DNA of 64,000 nucleotides from Myxococcota bacterium (GTDB taxonomy: Bacteria > Myxococcota_A > UBA796 > SXON01), in the NCBI GenBank assembly GCA_040386535.1, contig JAZKFH010000019.1, positions 354,186-418,185 of the forward strand. The letters run 5' to 3'. The translations under genes and the position numbers were made by a program. Below, in pieces: positions 37,475 to 47,311 of the stretch. The number at the start of each line of letters is the position of its first letter. Positions within the stretch are counted from its first letter, which is position 1. A model generated the notes under the pieces. The model was not told the origin of the DNA, did no database searches, and worked only from the letters and a program-made list of their open reading frames with translations.

Positions 37475-38842
37475 TTACCGCGAACCGGGGCGGAGCGCCG
37501 CTCCCTCGGGGCCGGGATCCTTCGGGGTATTTCCCTCGGGATGGCCCTTGGCCCCGCTCCCGGTGCTCGCCCCCGGCAACGACCGTGCCCAGTGCTCTGA
37601 GAGGGTGAGCTCCAGGGGCTCGGTGAAGCGCGGGTACACCGGGTGGGTGCGGATCGAGACCGCCCACGCGACCGCGAAGAGCGCCCCGAGCATCGCGACG
37701 ACCCTCCGGCTCGGCTTCGCGTCCGCGAGCACCCGGGCCGCGACCACGAGAAGCGATAGCCACGTGACGTGGAAGAAGGTCTCCGGCTTGGCGATGCGCC
37801 AGAAGCCGGGGACCACCTCAAAAAGCAGGAGGTACAGCGGGTTGTGGACAGGGCCGAGCGCGAGGACGAAGAAGAGGAGGGCGACACCGCCGATCCAGAG
37901 GTTCTTCCGGCGGGAGAGGCCGACGGCGGCGAACCCGAGCGCCACGACGTTGAGCGCACGCCACGCTTCGAGGCGGTTCCACTTCGGGGGCCAGAGCTCG
38001 AACGTGTCGAGCGCGGCGCGCTGGGTGAGGAACGTCTCCGCGTCGCCGAGCGCGCCGTCCCCCCGCATGGCAAACAGCTGAAGCGCCACGAGGGGCAGGG
38101 CCGCCAACGCGCTCGCCCCCACGGCCAGGGTGACGTCGCGCTTGCGGGCGAACAGGGCCAGCGCCCCGATGCCGGCGCACAACACGCCCAGGTAGAAGTT
38201 GTAGAACAGCGTCGCGACGTAGATCAGCGCCGCGATCCCCACCCAACGCCCGCCCAGTCGATACGCCTTGACCAGCGCCCATGCGTACAGTGGAACCCAG
38301 TATACGCCTGACTTTTCAATCGTATACCAGTTGATGTCTCGAAACAGGTGGAGGCCCATCCCGAAGGGGAAGGCGAGCACCAGGCTGACCTCCCGGTCAC
38401 CGGAGAGCTCGTCGAGCAGCAGCCAGGCGCAGTACCAGCCGAGCACGAGGTTGAGGAAGGCCTGGAGGTTGAACGCGGCCGTGGCGGGCACGAACGTGTC
38501 GAACAGCGCGGTGATCCAGAGGTGCCCGACGTGCACGCCGATGAGGCGGATGGCGGGATCGGCGGGGTCCCAGAACCGCCACATCACCCCATCGAGGTAG
38601 AACAGGAGGCTCCCCGCCTTGTCGATCGTCGGAAACTGGCCCCAGACGTACGTGGTCGCGTAGGCCGCGAAGGGCGTGGTCAGCGCGAGGGTGGCGCCCA
38701 CGATGAAGAGGAAGGGGCGCTTCGTGCCCGCGGCCCACGCCAGGATCGCGCCGATCGCGAAGCAGGCCAGCCACGCGAGGGGCTCGGAATAGACCCCGGT
38801 CGGGGCGTAGAGTTGGCGGGGGTCGGGGGGCGGACCATACAT
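37475..38842 (-). CDS. Multi-pass membrane protein (possibly GT-C/YfhO-like fold)
   Basis: 455 aa from ATG 38842 (MYGPPPDPRQL...) with roughly ten hydrophobic segments; ALGP, PGFWR..PE.F motifs. Confidence 0.65.
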   Translation of the reverse strand: MYGPPPDPRQLYAPTGVYSEPLAWLACFAIGAILAWAAGTKRPFLFIVGATLALTTPFAAYATTYVWGQFPTIDKAGSLLFYLDGVMWRFWDPADPAIRLIGVHVGHLWITALFDTFVPATAAFNLQAFLNLVLGWYCAWLLLDELSGDREVSLVLAFPFGMGLHLFRDINWYTIEKSGVYWVPLYAWALVKAYRLGGRWVGIAALIYVATLFYNFYLGVLCAGIGALALFARKRDVTLAVGASALAALPLVALQLFAMRGDGALGDAETFLTQRAALDTFELWPPKWNRLEAWRALNVVALGFAAVGLSRRKNLWIGGVALLFFVLALGPVHNPLYLLLFEVVPGFWRIAKPETFFHVTWLSLLVVAARVLADAKPSRRVVAMLGALFAVAWAVSIRTHPVYPRFTEPLELTLSEHWARSLPGASTGSGAKGHPEGNTPKDPGPEGAALRPGSR

Positions 38843-38950
38843 CGCGCCGGAACGTAGCCATCTCTTGGGGGGGCCGGGGAGGCGGCGGGCTCGAACGTTG
38901 CTGTGGGCGTCCTCTTGGCACTCTCCGTGGGGGCCGGGGCGCCGGCGGGC

Positions 38951-39000
38951 GAGAACCGCGCGGCGGGGGCCCACCCCCGGTACCCCAGAGGGGCCCCCCC
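38951..39000. repeat. Dispersed GC-rich palindromic intergenic element, copy A
   Basis: gagaacc..ggggccc..cggt.ccccagaggggcccc, shared with 45336-45382. Confidence 0.5.
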
Positions 39001-39160
39001 CGGGGGTACCCACCGCGCACGCCCGCCGGCACCCCGGCCCGGCAGTTGAGGGCTTCGGGCGCTGGACGCTTGGTGGAGAGCCCGCCACCTCCCCGGCCCA
39101 AGCCCCTGGACGGCTACGTGGCGCTCCGACAACGGAGTGGGGGCGGTTAGACCCGCCGCC

Positions 39161-40225
39161 ATGGACAGCCCCGCTCTGCTCGCCTGGTACCGCGCTCACC
39201 ACCGCTCGATGCCGTGGCGGGATGTCGTGAGTCCGTACCGCACGTTGGTGTCGGAGATCATGTTGCAGCAGACACGGGTGGAGACCGTGATCCCGTACTT
39301 CGAGCGGTTCATGACGGAGTTCCCGACCGTGGAAGCGCTGGCGGAGGCGCCGTTGGAGCGGGTGCTGGAGCGGTGGAGTGGGTTGGGGTACTACTCGCGG
39401 GCGCGGAACCTGCACGGCGCGGCGCGCGCCGTGGCCGCGGCGGGGGGATTTCCGAAGGATGCCGAGGGCTTGCGCGCACTTCCCGGAGTCGGGCCGTACA
39501 CCGCCGGGGCGGTCGCGTCGATCGCGCTCGGGCTCGACGAGGCGCTGGTGGACGGGAACGTCGAGCGGGTCATCTGTCGGCAGATGGCGTGGGCCGAGGA
39601 CCCGAAGCGCATCAAGGCGCGCCTCTGGGACAAGGCGCGCGAGTGGCTGCCGAAGGGGCACGCGGGCGACTTCAACCAGGCATTGATGGAGCTGGGCGCA
39701 ACCATCTGTACTCCCTCGTCTCCCTCGTGCCTCATCTGCCCCGTCCGCGTGGGTTGCGCGGGAGTCGACGCACCCGAGCGTTACCCCGCGAAGGAGAAGA
39801 AGGCCGCCGTGCCGGAAGCGGTGGCCGTGGCCGCGCTCCTCCGCGCCGAGGGCCGGATCCTCCTCGCGCGGCGGCCGCCCACAGGGCTCCTCGCCGGCCT
39901 GTGGGAGCTGCCCGGCGCCGTCGGCACTGACCTCGGCGCGGCCCTCTCGGAGCGCCTGGGCCTCTCCCTGCTCGATGCCACCTCGCTCGGAACGGTCACG
40001 CACGTCTTCTCGCACCTCCGGCTCCACACCACCGTGTTCGAGGCGCGCGCGGACGGCGTCCCCGTGGCGGGTGGGGGGTATCAGGATGTGCGGTGGGTGC
40101 CGGCCGGCGAGGTAGACGGGATGGCCCTGTCTACGTTGACGCGGCGGACGCTACGGTTGGGATCCGCGCCAGCAGCCACGCCTCGCACGCCAGCAGCGAA
40201 GCGTCGTCCCGCCCCTCCATCGTGA
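39161..40225 (+). CDS. mutY: A/G-specific adenine DNA glycosylase
   Basis: MPWR, VSEIMLQQTRV, WSGLGYYSRARNL, LPGVGPYTAGA, VDGNVERV, MELGATIC..C..CP...C, HVFSH. Confidence 0.97.
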   Translation: MDSPALLAWYRAHHRSMPWRDVVSPYRTLVSEIMLQQTRVETVIPYFERFMTEFPTVEALAEAPLERVLERWSGLGYYSRARNLHGAARAVAAAGGFPKDAEGLRALPGVGPYTAGAVASIALGLDEALVDGNVERVICRQMAWAEDPKRIKARLWDKAREWLPKGHAGDFNQALMELGATICTPSSPSCLICPVRVGCAGVDAPERYPAKEKKAAVPEAVAVAALLRAEGRILLARRPPTGLLAGLWELPGAVGTDLGAALSERLGLSLLDATSLGTVTHVFSHLRLHTTVFEARADGVPVAGGGYQDVRWVPAGEVDGMALSTLTRRTLRLGSAPAATPRTPAAKRRPAPPS

Positions 40226-40853
40226 CGATCACGGTGTGCGGCGTCACCTCGAAGCGCGGGTAGCTGCCGATCGCCACCGAGGGCCATCGCTCCGAGGCCT
40301 GGGTCAGCGCGTCCGCGATCTCCGGCTCACCGAGCTCCGTCACCAGCCGTCGGCACGAAACGGGGACCCCGGCGAACCGGTGCGCGACCGCCTCGAACTT
40401 CATGCGGAACAGCGAGGGCACACCTGGGAAGATCGCGACGTTCCGCATCACAACGAGCGGGTACACCACGTTGCCGTCCCACCAGAGCTCCGCGCCCGCC
40501 GGCACCTCGGCCATCCGGTAGGCGGCGAGGTTGGGGGCGCGGCCGCGCGACTCGAGGAGCTGGGCGAGCACCGGGTGGCGCTCGAGGGGGCGGTCGAAGG
40601 CCGCGCTGATGGCGGGGAAGGTGAGATCGTCATGGGTGGGGCCCACGCCGCCGCTGGTGAACACGTGGTCGAACGCCAAGGACGCCGAGCGCACCTCCGC
40701 GGCGATGGTCTCGATCACGTCGGGGAGCACCACGATGCGCCCGAGGTCGACCCCGAGCTCGCGGAGGCGGCGGATGAGGTAGGGCCCGTTCTCGTCGGCG
40801 AACTTTCCGCTGAGGATCTCGTTGCCGATGATGATGACGGCGGCGCTTGGCAT
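40131..40853 (-). CDS. CinA-N/molybdopterin-binding domain protein (COG1058-like)
   Basis: IIIGNEILSGK..DEN, TSGGVGPTHDDLT, FPGVP, IGSYP; no C-terminal PncC domain. Confidence 0.88.
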   Translation of the reverse strand: MPSAAVIIIGNEILSGKFADENGPYLIRRLRELGVDLGRIVVLPDVIETIAAEVRSASLAFDHVFTSGGVGPTHDDLTFPAISAAFDRPLERHPVLAQLLESRGRAPNLAAYRMAEVPAGAELWWDGNVVYPLVVMRNVAIFPGVPSLFRMKFEAVAHRFAGVPVSCRRLVTELGEPEIADALTQASERWPSVAIGSYPRFEVTPHTVIVTMEGRDDASLLACEAWLLARIPTVASAAST

Positions 40854-40927
40854 CCAGGTCAGAGCTAAGCGCCTGCTGCTGGCTGCGCCAGTCCACGCCA
40901 GTCCGCGCCGACAGGCGTGGATGCGGC

Positions 40928-40933
40928 TACCTT
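40928..40933 (+). promoter_or_regulatory. Putative -10 box TACCTT 6 nt upstream of in-frame GTG 40940 (leaderless-type)
   Basis: gcTACCTTgtcgggGTG. Confidence 0.42.
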
Positions 40934-40939
40934 GTCGGG

Positions 40940-42421
40940 GTGTCGCCATCGTCGATGGACCTTCCTCCCCCGCCCACGGAGCCGCCGGACCCTCCCGGAG
41001 GGCCTCCGTCCGATCCGCCGGGTCAAGCCCGCGGCGCCTCCGCGCTCCAGCTGACGCTGCGCGTGGGGGACCGCCCGATCGGCACCCGTGTCGCCGCGCG
41101 TGACGGAGAGCTCGTGCCGGAGGCGCCCATCGCGATGCAGGTGCGTCGCTCGGGGAGCGGTTGGGAGCTCACCGGGCCCGACGGTACGCGTCGGATCGGC
41201 CCGCGCGAGACCGTCTCGCTGCGCCAGGGGGACCTCGAGGTCGAGGTCGCGCCCGTGCGCCAGCTCCGTTTCGCCCGCTTCCACTGGGACCAGGGTGACG
41301 TGGTGCTGCCCGTCATCATGGTGGCGACCATGGTGTTCCTGCTCCAGCTCGGGTTCCTGCTGAGCTTCTTCGGGCAGCCCCCGGCTGCGGGCGGCTACGA
41401 GCCCACGCCCGAGTACATCGCGCGCCTGTTGGGCGAGCAGTTCGACGGGAAGGAGCGTGGCGTCATGGCGCGGCGCGCGCCCCGATCGGGAGAGGGCGAG
41501 CCCATCGAGGGCTACTTCCTCCAGTCCGGTCACAAGGGCGAGCTCGACCACATCGGCGGCGGCGCGAACGTCGGCGAGCGGGTCAAGGATGGCTACGCCG
41601 ACGGGCAGGACGTGCAGCCGGAGGCCACCGTCGCGCCCGAAGCGGGCACGGAAGTGGTGCCGACGCTCGTGGCGGAGGAGGATGTCGAGGCCGAGGAAGA
41701 GGCCGACGACGAGGAGCTGGAGGACAAGCCGATCGCCGTGCACGTCGACGAGGGGTGGGGCCTCACCGACTGGTACGACACGAAGGACGCGCGGGAGGAC
41801 GCGAAGGAGATCCAGGAGCAGCTCGAGGCTGTCCACGATCTCCTCCGCTTGAACCCCGACGATCCCGCGGGCCTCGCTTACCGCGCGTACTACGAGTACC
41901 TCGCCTTCGACATGGCCGCGGCCCGCAAGACCTACGACAAGTACACCCGGCTCTATCCGGAGGACGCCGCCGGCTGGAACAACCTCGCGCTCGTGTACAA
42001 GCGGGAGGGCGAGTACCAGAAGGAGGAGGAGCTCTACCGCATCGCGCTCTCCCTCTCCCCGGAGGACGATCACGCGCTGAACAACCTCGCCGTGTGCCTC
42101 GCGCACCAGGGGCGCTTCGACGAGGCGCTCGTGATCATGGAGAAGCTCGAGACGATCATCCCCGAGGACGCCTACGCGGATCTCCACCGCGCCAAGATCT
42201 ACGCTGCGATGGGCAAGGAGGACCGCGCCTACCGCTTCCTCCAGAAGTCGCTGGCCGGCATGCGCAAGCTCGATACGCTCCACAACATCGAGTTCCGGCA
42301 GGACATCCGCGTGGATCCGGCCTTCGAGGAGATGCGGAAGCAGGATCGCTTCGGCAACATGCTCGAGCGCTACTACGGCGAACAGGTGGAGGGCTGGTGG
42401 AAAAAGAAGAAGGGGCGCTGA
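40940..42421 (+). CDS. Membrane-anchored TPR protein (start GTG 40940 or ATG 40955)
   Basis: N-terminal beta-rich domain, one TM (VVLPVIMVATMVFLLQLGFLLSFF), acidic linker, TPRs WNNLALVY, ALNNLAVCL. Confidence 0.8.
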   Translation: MSPSSMDLPPPPTEPPDPPGGPPSDPPGQARGASALQLTLRVGDRPIGTRVAARDGELVPEAPIAMQVRRSGSGWELTGPDGTRRIGPRETVSLRQGDLEVEVAPVRQLRFARFHWDQGDVVLPVIMVATMVFLLQLGFLLSFFGQPPAAGGYEPTPEYIARLLGEQFDGKERGVMARRAPRSGEGEPIEGYFLQSGHKGELDHIGGGANVGERVKDGYADGQDVQPEATVAPEAGTEVVPTLVAEEDVEAEEEADDEELEDKPIAVHVDEGWGLTDWYDTKDAREDAKEIQEQLEAVHDLLRLNPDDPAGLAYRAYYEYLAFDMAAARKTYDKYTRLYPEDAAGWNNLALVYKREGEYQKEEELYRIALSLSPEDDHALNNLAVCLAHQGRFDEALVIMEKLETIIPEDAYADLHRAKIYAAMGKEDRAYRFLQKSLAGMRKLDTLHNIEFRQDIRVDPAFEEMRKQDRFGNMLERYYGEQVEGWWKKKKGR

Positions 42422-42903
42422 CCCCGCGCATCGCGGTCTACGCGGGCAGCTTCGACCCCGTCACCCACGGCCATCTCGACGTGATCCGTCGCGGCACCAA
42501 GCTGTTCGACGTGGTGATCGTGGCCATCGGCCACAACGTCCGGAAGCAGCGAACGATGTCCCTCTCCGTACGCGAGCAGGTGTTGGCAGAGGTGACAGCC
42601 GACATCCCGGGGGTGCGGGTCGCAGTGTTCGAGGGGCTTCTGGTCGACTACTGCCGGCGGGTCGGCGCGGGGGCGATCCTGCGCGGGCTGCGTGCGGTCA
42701 CGGACTTCGAGTTCGAGTTCCAGACCGGCCTCGCGAACATGGACATGGCGCCCGACATCGAGACCGTCTTTTTGCTCACCGACCCACAAAACATCTTCGT
42801 GTCGAGCTCCCTCGTGAAGGAGATCGCCTCGAACGGGGGAGATGTCTCCCGCTACCTGCCCGAAGCGGCGTTGGTCGCGCTCCAGGCGGCGTTGCCGCGG
42901 TAG
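42397..42903 (+). CDS. coaD: Phosphopantetheine adenylyltransferase (start GTG 42397 or CTG 42418)
   Basis: YAGSFDPVTHGHLD, GLLVDY, RGLRAVTDFEFE, VSSSLVKEIA. Confidence 0.96.
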   Translation: MEKEEGALTPRIAVYAGSFDPVTHGHLDVIRRGTKLFDVVIVAIGHNVRKQRTMSLSVREQVLAEVTADIPGVRVAVFEGLLVDYCRRVGAGAILRGLRAVTDFEFEFQTGLANMDMAPDIETVFLLTDPQNIFVSSSLVKEIASNGGDVSRYLPEAALVALQAALPR

Positions 42904-42935
42904 TCCGAGCGGGGGCGCCGGCGTACGTGGCGGGA

Positions 42936-43460
42936 ATGGATCCCGCGCGCACCCTCCTGGACCGTGAGCTGCTCCTCTCCGGCATCGTCCACGAGCTGCG
43001 AGGGCCGATCACGGCCGTCCACGGCTTCATGGAGCTCGACGACAAGACGCCCCGACCCGGGCTCGCGTCCGCCGTCGAGCGGATGACATCGCTGGTGTCG
43101 ACCCTGTCCGACACGTCCATCTCCCCGCCCGAGGTCGTGAGCTACCGCGGTTCGTCGGTGCTCGTGAAGGGGCCGATCCAGGTGCTGGAGCTCGCGATCG
43201 CGTCGTTGCCGCACAGCGCCGTCACCGTCGAGCTGACCCCGGAGCACGTCGTCATCCAGATCACCGGCGTGCCCGCCACGGAGGTCGCGGCCGGCTGGTC
43301 GATGGCCCAGGTGCGGCGCTGGCTCGCCGACGGTGGCCCGGGGCTTGCAGGAGCGCGTTTGCGCATCGCGGCCCGGATCGTCGGCGCCCTTCGTTACTCG
43401 TTCCCGCTCACGGCGGGAGAGTCGCAAGGTGTCGTCCACATCCACCTCGCCCGCGGTTAG
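42936..43460 (+). CDS. HisKA (DHp) protein with degenerate ATPase region; possible phosphotransferase/pseudokinase
   Basis: SGIVHELRGPITAVHGF H-box; no recognisable N, G1 or F boxes, only a GPGLAG remnant. Confidence 0.6.
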   Translation: MDPARTLLDRELLLSGIVHELRGPITAVHGFMELDDKTPRPGLASAVERMTSLVSTLSDTSISPPEVVSYRGSSVLVKGPIQVLELAIASLPHSAVTVELTPEHVVIQITGVPATEVAAGWSMAQVRRWLADGGPGLAGARLRIAARIVGALRYSFPLTAGESQGVVHIHLARG

Positions 43461-43470
43461 GAGCGCCCGC

Positions 43471-45294
<1,824 letters not shown>

Positions 45295-45335
45295 TCGTCG
45301 TCAGCGTCGTGCTCGTGGCCATCGGGCATGGCGCC

Positions 45336-45382
45336 GAGAACCCGTCCCGGGGCCCCCGGCGGTTCCCCCCAGAGGGGCCCCA
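45336..45382. repeat. Dispersed GC-rich palindromic intergenic element, copy B
   Basis: gagaacc..ggggccc..cggtt.ccccagaggggcccc, matching 38951-39000. Confidence 0.5.
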
Positions 45383-45526
45383 CCGCCGGACCCGGGCCGA
45401 CGGCGCCATCCCCATGGCCACGGGGTGGCGGCGTTGCAGGTGCCGACACAAAGCAGAAGAAGGAACGCTCTTCCCGAAGTTGCGGCCGATCAAGGTCAGA
45501 ACAGGACCATACCGGAAGGACCGACC

Positions 45527-46642
45527 CTACAGCTCCGCCCCATAAATCCGGTACGTCTTGTACACCCGCGCCCCGAGCTTCTCGAGGGCGCCGCGCATGC
45601 GGGTGTTGTCTTCGAGGATCCAGCTGGCTTCGGCGCCGCGGACCTTGTTTTCGACGCCGGTGTCCCAGGTGCGCTTGTACAGGGGGGCGCCGAGGGCGAG
45701 GTGTTGGAAGTCCTTGTGGATGCCCAGGGTGAAGATGCGGATCTGGTCCACCTTGGACTTGCGGGTCAGGTAGTACCACCAGCCGAAAGGGAAGATGCGG
45801 CCGTTCATCGGCTTGGCGATCTGGTTGTAGTCGGGCAATGTGATCGAAAAAGCGGCGGGGCGCCCTTCGATCTCCGCCATGTAGCAGTAGCGCGGGTCGA
45901 GCATGTCCTTGATGTTCTTGGCCATGTACAAGAACTCTTCGTCGCTCATGCGGACAAAGCCCCAGTTGTCCTCCCACGCCGAGTTGTAGATCGACAGGAC
46001 CCGCGCAACTTCGCCGTCGAAGTCCTTCACGTTGAGGGGGCGGATCTTGACCTCGGGGTGGCGCTGCATGAAGCGGTCGGCGAGCGCGGCGATACGCGGC
46101 GGGCAGGGCCCGTCGTTGTCCATCCAGTAGGCGAGCATGTCCTTGGTCTTGGACAGGCCGATCCGCTCGTAGATGGGCGGGTAGTAGGGCTTGTTCCACG
46201 TCATCAGGACGAGCGGATCGCTGTCGAACGGATCGACCAGGACGCCGCACTCGTGGTTCGTGTTGAAGTTGAAGGGCCCCATCGTGCGGGTCATCCCCTG
46301 GCCGCGCAGCCAGTCGAGCGCGGCATCGAGTAGCCCGCGCGCCACGGCCTCGTCCTCCACGAACTCGAAGAAGCCGAAGAAGCCGACGTTTGGTTCGACC
46401 TTCTGATACGCGTGGTCCACTTGGGCCGAGATGGTGCCGACCGCCTCGCCGTCACGATAGGCGATGAAACACTGCACGATCCCGAACTTGAAGTAGGGGT
46501 TCTTGGCCGGATCGAGGAAGTGGCGGCGCTCGAAGCGCAGCGGCGGAACCCAATGGGGGTCGCCCTTGTAGACCTTCCACCACACGTCCATGAACGCGTT
46601 GGCGTCCTGCGGGAGGCGGATGGGGCGGACCTCGATCGACAT
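45527..46642 (-). CDS. GNAT-fold N-acetyltransferase (YghO-like)
   Basis: [53 protein letters not shown]. Confidence 0.85.
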   Translation of the reverse strand: MSIEVRPIRLPQDANAFMDVWWKVYKGDPHWVPPLRFERRHFLDPAKNPYFKFGIVQCFIAYRDGEAVGTISAQVDHAYQKVEPNVGFFGFFEFVEDEAVARGLLDAALDWLRGQGMTRTMGPFNFNTNHECGVLVDPFDSDPLVLMTWNKPYYPPIYERIGLSKTKDMLAYWMDNDGPCPPRIAALADRFMQRHPEVKIRPLNVKDFDGEVARVLSIYNSAWEDNWGFVRMSDEEFLYMAKNIKDMLDPRYCYMAEIEGRPAAFSITLPDYNQIAKPMNGRIFPFGWWYYLTRKSKVDQIRIFTLGIHKDFQHLALGAPLYKRTWDTGVENKVRGAEASWILEDNTRMRGALEKLGARVYKTYRIYGAEL

Positions 46643-46703
46643 GGTGGCCTCCGAACGGGGCGCAGCCTACGCCGTTCGTAGCGCGTGTGCTACAGGCGCC
46701 ACC

Positions 46704-47306
46704 ATGACGCCCTACCTCCCGCACCGCCCCCACCCCTGGCATGGCCTCCCGCTGCTGGCCGGCCCGCCGGGCCTGTACCACGCCTACATCGAGATCACCC
46801 CGTTCGACAAGGTGAAGTACGAGGTGGACAAGGCGACCGGGTATCTGAAGGTCGATCGGCCCCAACGCACCGCCTCGTTGCCGCCGACGCTCTACGGTTT
46901 CCTCCCACGGACGTTGTGCGCCGCGCACGTCGCCGCGCTTTGCCCCACCGCGTCGCGGGGCGACGGCGATCCGCTCGACATCTGCGTCGTGAGCGAGCGC
47001 CCCATCGATCGGGCCGACATCCTCCTGCGCGTGCACATCGTCGGCGGCCTGCGCATGGTCGACGCGGGCGAGGCGGACGACAAGATCATCGCGGTCCTCG
47101 ACCAGGACCCGGTGTGGGGCGACGTTCGGGAGCTCACCCAGCTCCCGAACGGCATCGTCGAGCGCCTCCGCCACTACTTCATGACGTACAAGATCACGCC
47201 GGGCGGGCAGCCGGTCGAGATCGACGCGGTGTACGACGCGGCGCACGCCCTCACGGTGATCGCGGCGTCGGTCGCGGACTACGACGAGGCGTTCCCGGCG
47301 GCGTAG
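46704..47306 (+). CDS. ppa: Inorganic pyrophosphatase (family I)
   Basis: [42 protein letters not shown]. Confidence 0.95.
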   Translation: MTPYLPHRPHPWHGLPLLAGPPGLYHAYIEITPFDKVKYEVDKATGYLKVDRPQRTASLPPTLYGFLPRTLCAAHVAALCPTASRGDGDPLDICVVSERPIDRADILLRVHIVGGLRMVDAGEADDKIIAVLDQDPVWGDVRELTQLPNGIVERLRHYFMTYKITPGGQPVEIDAVYDAAHALTVIAASVADYDEAFPAA

Positions 47307-47311
47307 GGCCG

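Noticed and set aside
38300..38346. Canonical dif or parS site
   Set aside because: Does not match the XerD arm TTATGTTAAAT or parS TGTTTCACGTGAAACA; kept only as an unexplained dyad
43400..43470. glmS ribozyme
   Set aside because: Only 10 nt between the upstream CDS and the glmS ATG; no room for the RNA
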